Shown here piece after piece: positions 1-9,070 of a stretch of DNA of 32,000 nucleotides; position 1 is the stretch's first letter, and each line of letters opens with the position of its first letter. The stretch is from Deinococcus radiodurans R1 = ATCC 13939 = DSM 20539 (lineage in GTDB: Bacteria > Deinococcota > Deinococci > Deinococcales > Deinococcaceae), in NCBI RefSeq assembly GCF_000008565.1, contig NC_001263.1:1629113-1661112 (forward strand), read 5' to 3'. A model generated the notes under the pieces. That model searched no databases. It was not told where the DNA came from and saw only the letters and a list, made by a program, of their open reading frames with translations. Position numbers and translations under genes: made by a program.

Positions 1-1298
1 CCCTGCGCGCCCGCCTGACGCTGCTGACCGTGACGGTGGTGCTGCTCTCGCTGATGAGTTTTGCCGAGCTCGCCGGGTGGCTGCTCTGGAAAGCGGAACT
101 GGGCAGCCTCACCCGGCAGCTCAACGCCCAGTCGCAGGCGCTGCTGGCGGTGGCGCAGAGCCGCAGCCCCACCCTGGACGCCACCGCCGCCGACATTCTG
201 GAAGAAAAAGGCACTGCCGCCAGCGGGCGCATCTACCAGGGGCAGACCCTGCGCTGGTCGGGCGGAGCCGATGGGCCGCCAGTGCTGGACGCGGCTTTCT
301 TGCAAACGAGCGAGCCGCGCGCCGTGGAGCGGGTGGGGGACATCCTGGTCGCTTCCCGGCGTCAGGGCGAGTACGTCATTCAGGTGGGACGCAATCTGGA
401 ACCGCTCGAGCATCTGCTGCGGCGCTACGCCCTGCTCAGTGGGCTGAGCCTGCTGGCCCTGAGCTTGCTGGCAGGCTGGGTGGTCGCCAAGCAGGTGCGG
501 CGGACGCTGCGCCCGCTCGAAAGCCTGGTGGGGCGGGTGCAGCAGCTCGACTCTCCCGACCCCATTCCCGCCCTGGAGCAGCCCGACGAGGTGGGGGCGC
601 TGGCCCGCGCGTTGCAAAGCAGCCTCGACGCCCTGCGCGCCGAGCGGGAGCGCGAAACCCTCTTTCTGGCGAGTGCCTCGCACGAACTGAGGACGCCCGT
701 GACCGCCATGCTCGCCGACGTGCAGCACACGCTGAGTCGCCCCCGGCCCCCCGATGAATTGCGCGCCGCCCTGATGCGCGCCGAACAGACCGCCAGCCGC
801 CTGCGCCTACTCACCGGCAACCTGATGACGCTGACCTGGGTGCAGAGCCTCCCCGAGCCGCGCGCCGCCTGGCGACAACTCGACCTGCTGCACCTGGCGG
901 GCGAAGCCGTCGACCGGCTGCAACCGCTGAGCCTGGGACGCGGCGTGGAACTGTGGCTCGACGGTCAGGAAGCCCCGGTGTCGGGTGAGGCGGGGCTGCT
1001 CTCAAGTGTTGCTGAAAACCTCATCGGCAACGCCATCAAATTCACCCCGGCGGGCGGCGAGGTGCAGGTGCGGGTCACGCCGCTCCCCAACGGCGGCGCG
1101 GAACTCGTCGTGCAGGATACCGGCCCCGGTTTTCCACCGGGCACGCTGACCGGCGCGTTCGTGCGCGGTCAGACCGACGTGGAAGGCTTCGGCCTGGGGC
1201 TGGCGGTGGTTCAGCAGGTGGTGGACGCCCACGGCGGCACGCTGGAACTGGGCCGGGCCGAAGGCGGAGGGGCGCGGGTCGTGGTGCGGCTGCCGTAG
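1..1298 (+). CDS. sensor histidine kinase (5' end probably outside window)
   Basis: ORF 30..1298 stays open to the window edge (in-frame LRARLTLLT upstream). TM and HAMP-like linker, H-box FLASASHELRTPVTAM, N-box GNAIKFTP, G-boxes DTGPGF and GFGLGLAVV. Confidence 0.85.
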   Translation, partial: LRARLTLLTVTVVLLSLMSFAELAGWLLWKAELGSLTRQLNAQSQALLAVAQSRSPTLDATAADILEEKGTAASGRIYQGQTLRWSGGADGPPVLDAAFLQTSEPRAVERVGDILVASRRQGEYVIQVGRNLEPLEHLLRRYALLSGLSLLALSLLAGWVVAKQVRRTLRPLESLVGRVQQLDSPDPIPALEQPDEVGALARALQSSLDALRAERERETLFLASASHELRTPVTAMLADVQHTLSRPRPPDELRAALMRAEQTASRLRLLTGNLMTLTWVQSLPEPRAAWRQLDLLHLAGEAVDRLQPLSLGRGVELWLDGQEAPVSGEAGLLSSVAENLIGNAIKFTPAGGEVQVRVTPLPNGGAELVVQDTGPGFPPGTLTGAFVRGQTDVEGFGLGLAVVQQVVDAHGGTLELGRAEGGGARVVVRLP

Positions 1299-1336
1299 CT
1301 GGCGCGCGGCGTGTGATTTCTGCAACTCCCAAGAAA

Positions 1337-1378
1337 CAGGCCGCCGTCCATCAACTACTGGAACGGCGGCCTGCTTTT
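1337..1378. terminator. hairpin terminator between convergent genes
   Basis: caggccgccgtcca / tggaacggcggcctg stem with one bulge, followed by cttttct and preceded by aagaaa. Sits between the HK stop (1298) and the stop of the minus-strand gene (1387). Confidence 0.6.
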
Positions 1379-1386
1379 CTTCTCCC

Positions 1387-1821
1387 TTACTCCAGCACGT
1401 ACCGCACGCCTTCCTCAAACCCGACCTGCGCCGTGTCGCCACGCCCGAGCACCCGGTTGCGGCGCCAGGGCATCCAGTCGGTCTGTCCGCTGGCACTCCG
1501 CAAGAAGCCGCGCACGCCGACTTCCACGTAGCGGGCCGGGCCGCCGAGCAGGGCAGCAAGCCCCGCCCGCACCGCCTCGGCGTCACGCAGCGGGCCGGTC
1601 AGCCGGGCGGACGGAACGCCCTCGCCCTGGCCGGGGACCGGGGCCACCGGCCCGCGGTGCAGGGCCTGGGCGTGCGGGCGGTAGAGGTCCACCCGGAAGC
1701 CGTCGAGCACCCGCAGCGCGGCGATGGCCTGTTCCTCGGGCAAGCGGTCCACGAACGCGACGTGAATGTCGAGCTCGAAGCCGCGCACGCCCCTGTCGGT
1801 TTCGGGCTGCGGTTGGGTCAT
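1387..1821 (-). CDS. hypothetical protein (145 aa), translationally coupled to upstream DinB gene
   Basis: Internal ATG of ORF 1387..2022 (MTQPQPETDRGVRGFELDIHV...) overlaps the stop of the upstream gene as ATGA (1818-1821). The longer N-terminal extension would overlap the DinB gene. No family recognised. Confidence 0.5.
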   Translation of the reverse strand: MTQPQPETDRGVRGFELDIHVAFVDRLPEEQAIAALRVLDGFRVDLYRPHAQALHRGPVAPVPGQGEGVPSARLTGPLRDAEAVRAGLAALLGGPARYVEVGVRGFLRSASGQTDWMPWRRNRVLGRGDTAQVGFEEGVRYVLE

Positions 1822-2372
1822 GCCTGCCGCTCCGGCTGCCCCTGTTGACCCTGACCGGCGCTGCGCTCCAGCAGCAAGCGGTGGCTCATCACGTGCGAGG
1901 CCAGCATTCGCTGCCAGTTCAGGGCGTCGAGTTCGCCGAAAAAGGGATGCCAGAAGGTCCGGTCCGGCGTGGCGCGCACCTGCGCCGAGACTTCCTCGGC
2001 GGCGGCACGGCTCTGCGCCCACTTGCCCTGTACCTCGTCCCAGGCGACGCCCTGCTCGCTCGGCAGCGAGGACTCCGGAGCCTGTCGCTTGCCGTCCTTG
2101 AGCACGCCGGGTTCCTGCGGCACTGGGCGCAGAGGACGGTCAGACAGCAGCAGGCGCGTCACGCCGGTCACCGCGCCGTTGATGAGCATCACGTGCTCGA
2201 CTTCCTGCGCGGGCGACCACTCACGGCCCGGCTGCACCTGCTGCCAGTCGCCCTGGCGGGTCTGGACGTGCTGCCAGAAGAGGTCGAGTTCGCGCTTGAG
2301 GCGGTCACCCACCTCGGCGGGCGTAGCCCCGACAAAAGCGAGTACGGCGGGGTCTTGCAGAGGAGCAGTCAT
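1818..2372 (-). CDS. DinB-family (DinB_2/YfiT-like) protein
   Basis: 184 aa. Helical-bundle pattern with spaced His residues (EVEHVMLING ... FWHPFFGELD ... ASHVMSHRLLL), typical of the DinB superfamily that is expanded in Deinococcus. TAGACT box lies 6 nt upstream of the ATG. Confidence 0.7.
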   Translation of the reverse strand: MTAPLQDPAVLAFVGATPAEVGDRLKRELDLFWQHVQTRQGDWQQVQPGREWSPAQEVEHVMLINGAVTGVTRLLLSDRPLRPVPQEPGVLKDGKRQAPESSLPSEQGVAWDEVQGKWAQSRAAAEEVSAQVRATPDRTFWHPFFGELDALNWQRMLASHVMSHRLLLERSAGQGQQGQPERQA

Positions 2373-2406
2373 GCGGGCAGTCTACGGCCTGAGGCGTGGC
2401 CCCCAT

Positions 2407-3159
2407 TCACCCGATGAACGTTTCCAGCACCCCGATGCCGTCCACTTCGACTTCCACCCGGTCCCCGCGCTGCAAGGGGCCCACCCCTTCGGGCGTGCCG
2501 GTGAGCACCACGTCGCCGGGTTCTAGCGTGACGAAGCGGGTGAGGTAGGTCAGAATCTGCACCACGTCGAAAATCATGTGACTGGTGCGCCCGTCCTGGC
2601 GGGGTTCGCCGTTCACGCGGGTCTGCACACGCACGTCGCTGGGGTCGAACTGAGTGACCAGCCACGGCCCGAGCGGGCAGAAGCGGTCGGCGGCCTTGGC
2701 ACGGAACCATTGCAGGTCGGTCTTTTGCCGGTCACGGGCGGTGAGGTCGAGTCCGCAGGTGTAGCCGAGGACCGCGCCGAGCGCCTCGTCGGCCTTGAGG
2801 TTGCGTGCCCGCTGCCCGATGACCAGCGCGAGTTCACCTTCGAAGTGGAAATTCTCGCTCCAGCTCGGGTACTCTACCGTGCCGCCGGGTTCGGCGAGCG
2901 CGTTCGGCCCTTTGAGAAAAATGCCGGGTTCGGCGGGCAAGTCGCCAGTGTCGTTGCCGAGTTCGCGAATGTGGTCCAGATAATTGCGCCCCACGCACAC
3001 GATTTTGCTCGGCTCGGCGGGCGCGAGCAGCCGCGCCTCACTCAGGGCCAGCGTCTCCCCGGTGCGCGGGCCGGTCAGCCCCCTGGTCAGGTGAATGGTC
3101 TCGCCTTCCAGCACGCCCCACTGCGCGGCGCCCCGCTGCTCCACACGAACAATCAACAT
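2407..3159 (-). CDS. fumarylacetoacetate hydrolase (FAH) family protein
   Basis: 250 aa with [42 protein letters not shown] and [14 protein letters not shown] motifs. Confidence 0.9.
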   Translation of the reverse strand: MLIVRVEQRGAAQWGVLEGETIHLTRGLTGPRTGETLALSEARLLAPAEPSKIVCVGRNYLDHIRELGNDTGDLPAEPGIFLKGPNALAEPGGTVEYPSWSENFHFEGELALVIGQRARNLKADEALGAVLGYTCGLDLTARDRQKTDLQWFRAKAADRFCPLGPWLVTQFDPSDVRVQTRVNGEPRQDGRTSHMIFDVVQILTYLTRFVTLEPGDVVLTGTPEGVGPLQRGDRVEVEVDGIGVLETFIG

Positions 3160-3309
3160 GCGCCGAGCATAGCGGGCGAGGCCGCCTCACGCGGCTTTCC
3201 TACCGTTTGCCAAGTCCGGGCAGCATTTTCCATAAAGATTGCCGCTTTTCGGCTGTCAATTCCAGTCAAGTTCACGCTGGTGTTGGGCAAAAGGAGGACA
3301 ATAGACGGC

Positions 3310-4614
3310 ATGACCACCGGCGCCCCCCCTTTCTCAGGCTCCAGCCCCCAGACAACTCGCCCCCAAACAGTGGCCGAGAAAATCCTGTCGCAGCGGGGAA
3401 GCGCCGCCGTGTACGCGGGCGACCTCGCGGTGGTGGAGGTGGATCAGGTGATGGTGGTGGACTCCATCGCCCAGAGCTTTATCGAGCGCATGGAGCGCGA
3501 CCTCGGCGCCGTGCCGAAGTACCCGGAGCGCGTGAGCATCGTGGTGGACCACGTCGCCCCGGCGAGCACCGTCAGCGTGGCGCAGGCGCAAAAAGAAGCG
3601 CGTGAGTACGCGGCCAAGACGGGCGTGCGGCTTTTCGACGTGGGGCGCGGCATCTGCCATCAGGTGCTGATGGAAGAAAAGCTCGCGCAGCCGGGCTGGA
3701 TTGTCCTGGGGTCCGACAGCCACTCCACGACCTACGGCGCGGTGGCGGCGTTTGGCTCGGGCATGGGCGCCACTGACATCGCCCTCGCCGCCGCGAGCGG
3801 CAAAACCTGGCTGCGGGTGCCCGAGAGCGTGAAGGTCACGCTGACCGGCGACCTGCGCCCCGGCGTGACCGCCAAGGACGTGGCGCTGGAAATGATTCGG
3901 GTGCTCGGGGCCGACGGGGCCACCTACCAGAGTGTGGAAATCCACGCCGGCGACCGCTTCACACGTGGCGAACGCATGACGCTGGCGAACCTGTGCGTGG
4001 AGGCGGGCGCCAAGGCCGGGCTGGTGGTCCCCGGCGGCGAAATCCTGACCGACTACGGCTACGACGTGCCCGCCTGGGTCTACCCCGACGAGGGTGCCGC
4101 TTACGCCCGCGAAGTCGAAATCGACCTCTCCGCCCTGCACCCCCGCATGAGTGCCCCGAGCGAAGTGGACAACGTGCACGACGTGGCCGAGCTGCGCGGC
4201 CTGAAGGTGGACCAGGTGTTTATCGGCACCTGCACCAACGGGCGCATCGAGGACCTGCACGCCGCCGCCGAGGTGCTGCGCGGGCGCCGGGTGGACCCCA
4301 CGACCCGGCTGCTGGTGATTCCTGCGAGCAGTCAGGTGATGGAAGAAGCGCTGCAAGACGGCACGCTGCTCACCTTGCAGCGGGCGGGCGCGGTGCTCGG
4401 CACGCCGGGCTGCGGCCCCTGCATGGGCCGGCATCAGGGCGTGCTCGCCCCCGGCGAGGTCTGCGTAAGCACGTCGAACCGCAACTTCATCGGGCGCATG
4501 GGCGACAAGGACGCCCACATCTACCTCGCCTCGCCCGCCGTGGCCGCCGCCACTGCCGTGATGGGCCGGGTGGCGCTGCCTGAAGATGTGGCTCAGGTTG
4601 CGGCATCTGCTTGA
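3310..4614 (+). CDS. aconitase-family dehydratase large subunit (3-isopropylmalate / homoaconitate dehydratase, LeuC/HacA type)
   Basis: ATG at 3310 preceded by AGGAGG. GSDSHSTTYGA, IGTCTNGRIEDL, GCGPCMG and STSNRNFIGRMG Fe-S/aconitase motifs. The upstream part of ORF 2578..4614 runs antisense to the FAH gene. Confidence 0.9.
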   Translation: MTTGAPPFSGSSPQTTRPQTVAEKILSQRGSAAVYAGDLAVVEVDQVMVVDSIAQSFIERMERDLGAVPKYPERVSIVVDHVAPASTVSVAQAQKEAREYAAKTGVRLFDVGRGICHQVLMEEKLAQPGWIVLGSDSHSTTYGAVAAFGSGMGATDIALAAASGKTWLRVPESVKVTLTGDLRPGVTAKDVALEMIRVLGADGATYQSVEIHAGDRFTRGERMTLANLCVEAGAKAGLVVPGGEILTDYGYDVPAWVYPDEGAAYAREVEIDLSALHPRMSAPSEVDNVHDVAELRGLKVDQVFIGTCTNGRIEDLHAAAEVLRGRRVDPTTRLLVIPASSQVMEEALQDGTLLTLQRAGAVLGTPGCGPCMGRHQGVLAPGEVCVSTSNRNFIGRMGDKDAHIYLASPAVAAATAVMGRVALPEDVAQVAASA

Positions 4615-4627
4615 GACAGGACAGAAA

Positions 4628-4665
4628 AGAGCAGGCCAACCCGTTGCGATGGGCTGGCCTGCTCT
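4628..4665. terminator. hairpin between convergent genes (T-tract only on minus strand)
   Basis: agagcaggccaaccc / gggctggcctgctct stem (1 mismatch) with an 8-nt loop. The minus-strand reading is followed by cttttct. Confidence 0.5.
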
Positions 4666-4678
4666 CTAAAAGTGCTGC

Positions 4679-5152
4679 TCAGAGTTCGGTGAACTCGAAG
4701 CGGTCATACTCGCCGCCGCGCAGCACGCTCTCGGTGTGCTGACCCAGGTAGGTCTTGCCGGTCACGGCTTCCAACGCGCCCCATACCGCGCCCAGGCTGA
4801 AGGTGCATTTGCGGTCACTGCCCGGCGCTTCTCCCGCGCTGCACACGGTTTCCTGGGTGTCGATCATCAGGCGGTCCCCCTGCTGGTACGAGCGGACCAC
4901 GGCGCACAGGCGGGTGCCGTCCGCGCCGATGGCCTGATTGAGCAGCGGCGCGAGCTCTTCGGTGGCGACAGGACGCCCCGCCACCCCGAGGTCATGGGCG
5001 AGCCGGTGGCCGCGCACCTTGCCGGCGTGGATAAAAGCTGCCGCCGCGCCGTCGGTGCCGAGGGTGTCTTCGACTCCGGTAATCACAGCCTTGAAGCAGA
5101 CGACCGAGTTGAAGTCACCGAGTTGGGGCCGCAGGACATTGGAATCAGGCAT
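4679..5152 (-). CDS. V4R (4-vinyl-reductase)-like small-molecule-binding domain protein (tentative)
   Basis: 157 aa, AGGAG 8 nt upstream of the ATG. The C-terminal pattern ETVCSAGE...RKCTFSLGAVWGALEAVTGK...TESVLRGGEYDRFEF matches the V4R layout (C..C.f..G...G....Gk...E..C..G...C.F), with the last two Cys replaced. Confidence 0.5.
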   Translation of the reverse strand: MPDSNVLRPQLGDFNSVVCFKAVITGVEDTLGTDGAAAAFIHAGKVRGHRLAHDLGVAGRPVATEELAPLLNQAIGADGTRLCAVVRSYQQGDRLMIDTQETVCSAGEAPGSDRKCTFSLGAVWGALEAVTGKTYLGQHTESVLRGGEYDRFEFTEL

Positions 5153-5211
5153 GAGAAAGGCTCCTTTGAGGAAGAAAGAGGAAAGCAGGTGCGAGGAAAG
5201 GCCGCCTGAAA

Positions 5212-5586
5212 TCAGAGGACGCTGGCGACGGCCTGTGCGGCGTCGCGGGCTTCCATGTGCAGCAGCCCTAGGTTCGTTCCCGCCGGCGCCACCACTGCCA
5301 GCACCCCCTTTGCTCCCACCGAGTAAATGAACACCTGTCCGTCCATCCCACTCACCGACATCTCGTTCAGGCTGCCGGTACCCAGCGTGTCGTTGATGCG
5401 CTTGCCCAGACCCAGAGCCGTCGCGGCCATCGCCGCCACACGGTTGGCGTCGGTGTTGTCGCTGAACGCCTGCGCGATGGGCAGCCCGTCGGTGGTCGCC
5501 ACCATCGCGCCGCGCAGTTCGGGCAGCGAAATCCGCAGATTCTGGAGAATGGACTTCAGGCGTTCGGGTTTACTCAGCATGGTCAT
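5212..5586 (-). CDS. Roadblock/LC7 (MglB-like) domain protein
   Basis: 124 aa. LRGAMVATTDGLPIA ... AAMAATALGLGKR ... MDGQVFIYSVG is a typical Roadblock/LC7 pattern. AGGAG lies 7 nt upstream of the ATG. 59 nt upstream of the V4R-like gene on the same strand. Confidence 0.85.
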   Translation of the reverse strand: MTMLSKPERLKSILQNLRISLPELRGAMVATTDGLPIAQAFSDNTDANRVAAMAATALGLGKRINDTLGTGSLNEMSVSGMDGQVFIYSVGAKGVLAVVAPAGTNLGLLHMEARDAAQAVASVL

Positions 5587-5639
5587 GGACGTGCTCCTTT
5601 GGGGCGGCCTGCACCGCGACTCGGCTCGCCGTTCAGGCG

Positions 5640-5670
5640 AATACTCTTATATTAGAATAATTGAATATTT
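5640..5670. promoter_or_regulatory. AT-rich island with ATATT-N10-AATAT dyad and several -10-like hexamers in a divergent intergenic region
   Basis: aatactcttatattagaataattgaatattt stands out against the GC-rich surroundings. The dyad arms are at 5649-5653 and 5664-5668. It lies between the Roadblock operon (minus) and the ArsR gene (plus). Confidence 0.35.
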
Positions 5671-5798
5671 GGGCCACTCGCTGCGGCCCTGAACGATTGC
5701 TATTCCACCTCAACGCCTCTGACAGCTCTCTGACCTGAGCGCCGGGCTGTGCGGTCAAGGCCGTCCCAGTTCAGCAGCGGAATAAATATAGTGAGGAC

Positions 5799-6128
5799 GT
5801 GAAACAGAGCCACCATCTGTACAAAGCGGCCCTGTTCCGCGCTCTGGGGCACCCGCTGCGGCTGGCGATTCTCGATTCGCTGCGCGACGGGGAAAAGACG
5901 GTCACGCAGTTGCAGGACCTGACCGGCGGTGAGCAGGCCGGCATCAGCCAGCACCTCAAAGTGCTGCGGCACCAGCACCTCGTGACCTCCCGGCGCCAGG
6001 GCACCCTGACCTACTACCGCACCGAGGACGCGGCGGTCTACCTCTTTCTGGACCTGGGCCGTCAGGTCTACGAAAACCAGCTTCAGCGCCAGCGCGAGCA
6101 GCTCGACCACCTGCAAAGCGAGTCCTGA
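5799..6128 (+). CDS. ArsR/SmtB-family transcriptional regulator
   Basis: 109 aa. FRALGHPLRLAILDSL ... TVTQLQDLTGGEQAGISQHLKVLRHQHLV wHTH signature. GTG start with a TATAGT box 6 nt upstream. Confidence 0.85.
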   Translation: MKQSHHLYKAALFRALGHPLRLAILDSLRDGEKTVTQLQDLTGGEQAGISQHLKVLRHQHLVTSRRQGTLTYYRTEDAAVYLFLDLGRQVYENQLQRQREQLDHLQSES

Positions 6129-6176
6129 GCCGCGCCCGTACCCCCCTTTTTCCTCTCCAACCGACAGAGGTTTTGT

Positions 6177-6695
<519 letters not shown>

Positions 6696-6710
<15 letters not shown>

Positions 6711-7070
6711 GCCCAGCCGCCGCAGGAGCGCCGCAGAAAAAATCCACTCCTCGGGCTCCTCGGTGCCGGTCACGCGCAGCAGGACGCAGCCCCGGTCACG
6801 GTAAAAGGCGCTGATTTTGGCCCAGGCTTCGTCCTCGGAGGCGGCTTCTTCCTCGATGTCTTCGAGGGTGCCCCACAGGTCGCCGTCCACCTCGGCGCTT
6901 TGCAGGGCTTCGGCGTGGCCGCTCAGGACGTAGGGGTCCACCGTTTCGCTCGCCGGGTAGGTTTCGCCTTCGACTTTCAGGTCCAGGCGGTCGTCGCGTT
7001 CGTACAGCCGGGCGAGAAGGGCGTCCCACTCGGGCAAGGTCAGGGTCAGGTCGGCGAGCTGTTCGGTCAT
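6696..7070 (-). CDS. hypothetical highly acidic protein (124 aa)
   Basis: Good GC3-rich coding pattern. TACACT box 7 nt upstream of the ATG. The 3' end overlaps the small-subunit gene by 15 nt (convergent). No family recognised. Confidence 0.55.
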
Positions 7071-7192
7071 GGCGAGCAGTGTACCGGCCTGCTCCCCTTG
7101 CCGCCGCCCCGCGCGAACCGCACGGATTTCTAAAGCCGCTTCCTCATCGGGGCGGGAACCCGGCGCACGTCCGGCCCGTAGACTGAACCATC

Positions 7193-8218
7193 ATGGGACG
7201 CCCGAATCAAGTGGTCACCTCTTCGCCCCGCCGCGCCCGGTCACGGCGCCTGCTGGCCCTCGCCGCCTGCGGCACCCTGGCGCTGGGGGGCTTTTCCTTG
7301 CCTGCCGCCAGCTTTGTTCCCCCACTCAGCGTGGGACAGGCCACCGCGCAGTCGGGCGGCGGCTTCGGCGGCAGCAGTTCGGGCGGCGGAGGCGGGTACT
7401 CGGGTGGCGGCGGCTACAGCGGCGGAGGCTATTCCGGGGGCGGCTACTCGGGCGGCGGATACTCCGGCGGGGGCTACAGCGGCCCCATCATCATCGGCGG
7501 GGGCGGCGGCTATTACGGCGGTGGGGGCGGCCTGGGCATCTTTCCTCTCATCATCTTCGGCCTGGTGATTTTCGGGGTGGTCGGCATGATGCGCCGCAAC
7601 CTCGGCGGAGGCGGCGCGCGGGGCCTGAGCAGTCTGGGCAGCAGCGGCACCTCGCAGGCGGTCAGCGTGCAGCTCCTGCTCGCCGAGGGCGATGAGGTCA
7701 AGAGCGCCCTGCAACGCATCGCGCAGCAGGGGGACCCCGACACCAACGCCGGCCTCGCCCGCATGGTGCAGGAAGCCGCGCTGGTGGCGCTACGTCACCC
7801 CGAGCGCTGGGTCTACGGCAACGTGGAACGGGCGCAGGGCTCGGCGAGCGCGGCGGGCAACCAGGTGGGCGCCTGGGCCACCGAGGCCCGCGCCGCTTTT
7901 CAGGAGCAGACCACCAGCAACTACCAGAACAACGACCCCAACACCGGGTTTCAGCACCGCACCGACTACAGCTACAACAAGGAAGTCGCGGACATGTACC
8001 TCGCCGTGACCATCGCCGTCGCCGCGCAGACTCTGGGTAATTTGCCCCCTGCCGGAGTCACCACCGCTGCCGAAGCCCGCGCCGCGCTGCTCGCCATCAG
8101 CGGCGTGACCGAGGGCGACCTGATCCGCGCCGAGGTCATCTGGAGCCCCGACACCGAGGGTGAATTTCTCAGCGAGGACGAGGCCATCGTGAAATACCCC
8201 AAGCTGACCAAGCTGTAA
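7193..8218 (+). CDS. Gly-rich membrane protein, DUF1517-like (tentative)
   Basis: 341 aa. Signal-like N-terminus, (GGYSG)n tract, hydrophobic segment [20 protein letters not shown], then a soluble C-terminal domain. This layout matches my recollection of COG4371/DUF1517 proteins. Confidence 0.65.
   Translation: MGRPNQVVTSSPRRARSRRLLALAACGTLALGGFSLPAASFVPPLSVGQATAQSGGGFGGSSSGGGGGYSGGGGYSGGGYSGGGYSGGGYSGGGYSGPIIIGGGGGYYGGGGGLGIFPLIIFGLVIFGVVGMMRRNLGGGGARGLSSLGSSGTSQAVSVQLLLAEGDEVKSALQRIAQQGDPDTNAGLARMVQEAALVALRHPERWVYGNVERAQGSASAAGNQVGAWATEARAAFQEQTTSNYQNNDPNTGFQHRTDYSYNKEVADMYLAVTIAVAAQTLGNLPPAGVTTAAEARAALLAISGVTEGDLIRAEVIWSPDTEGEFLSEDEAIVKYPKLTKL
7385..7483 (+). repeat. in-frame degenerate ~15-bp tandem repeat encoding GGYSG x5-6
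   Basis: ggc ggN tac tcN/agc ggN units are seen directly. It is coding low complexity inside CDS 7193..8218. Confidence 0.8.
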
Positions 8219-8233
8219 CGCAGAGCAGGAAGA

Positions 8234-8268
8234 AGGGACGGCCCGCCCTGCGGTGTCCGTCCCTCTTT
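8234..8268. terminator. candidate hairpin terminator between convergent genes
   Basis: agggacgg / ccgtccct 8-bp stem with a 15-nt loop, followed by ctttgc. Confidence 0.4.
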
Positions 8269-8281
8269 GCGGCCCGCGGCT

Positions 8282-8863
8282 TCAGCGTCCGGCCTGCACC
8301 ACGATGCCTTCTTCCTCACTCATCCGCACGATGTTGGCGAGGGTGTGAATCGGCACGTTCAGGTCGGCGAGGTGCTGGCGTCCGCCTTCGAATTCCTTTT
8401 CGATGACGCAGCCGAGGCCGAGCAGGGTCGCGCCGCTGTCGGCGATGATCTGACTGAGCGAGCGCAGGGTGCCGCCCGAGGCGAGAAAGTCGTCGATGAC
8501 GACCACGCGGTCCTGCGGCCCCAGGTACTCGGAGCTGACGAAGAGGTCCACCGTGCCGCCCTTGGTGCGGCTGACCGACTGCGCCGTGTAGACCTGCTCG
8601 CTCATGGTCAGCGGCTTTTTCTTGCGGGCGTAGACCATCGGCACGCCGAGCTCGGCGGCGGTCATGATGGCCGGGGCAATGCCACTCACCTCGATGGTCA
8701 GCACCTTGGTCGGCGCGAGCGGCGCAAAATGCCGGGCGAACGTCTCCCCCATCTCGCGGGTCAGCGCGGGGTGAAGCTGGTGGTTGACCAATCCGTCTAC
8801 TTTGAGAAACCCGCCCGGAAGAACCCTGCCTTCGCGCTTAATCGCCTCGACCAATGACTGCAT
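8282..8863 (-). CDS. xpt: xanthine phosphoribosyltransferase
   Basis: 193 aa. [23 protein letters not shown] and the PRPP loop [19 protein letters not shown] box 7 nt upstream of the ATG. Confidence 0.9.
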
Positions 8864-8905
8864 ACGGCAAAGTGTAATGGACGCTGGCGGCTCAGTTCGA
8901 TCGGC

Positions 8906-9016
8906 TCAGTTCGTCCGGGGGCCGTACTCGTAGACCGCCTGCCAGGGCTTGTACTGGGTGTCCACCCGGTCGGTGCGCGCGCCCGCCGCGTCCTTGATGG
9001 TGCGGGTGATGTAGAG
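8906..9016 (-). pseudogene. detached 3' end of the VanW/YoaR gene, separated by the IS insertion
   Basis: Minus-strand frame reads (LY)ITRTIKDAAGARTDRVDTQYKPWQAVYEYGPRTN*. It joins in frame to the ...QDGYNLY end of ORF 10318..11973 once the IS and one TSD copy are removed. Confidence 0.75.
9011..9016. repeat. target-site duplication, left copy (GTAGAG)
   Basis: Identical hexamer directly abuts both IS ends. Confidence 0.75.
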
Positions 9017-9035
9017 CAATGGTTCGTGCAGTTTT
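9017..9035. repeat. IS left terminal inverted repeat caatggttcgtgcagtttt
   Basis: Exact reverse complement of 10320..10338. Confidence 0.9.
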
Positions 9036-9070
9036 GAGGTCACAAAGAAAGACCCACCGAAAATGGGGCT

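Noticed and set aside
3160-3309. Lysine riboswitch, T-box or leader-peptide attenuator upstream of the dehydratase large subunit.
   Set aside because: No conserved riboswitch core, no Lys- or Leu-rich short ORF and only a weak 4-bp hairpin are visible.
8864-8905. Purine riboswitch upstream of xpt.
   Set aside because: Only 42 nt separate xpt from the upstream gene remnant, and a -10 box sits 7 nt from the ATG. There is no room for an aptamer.
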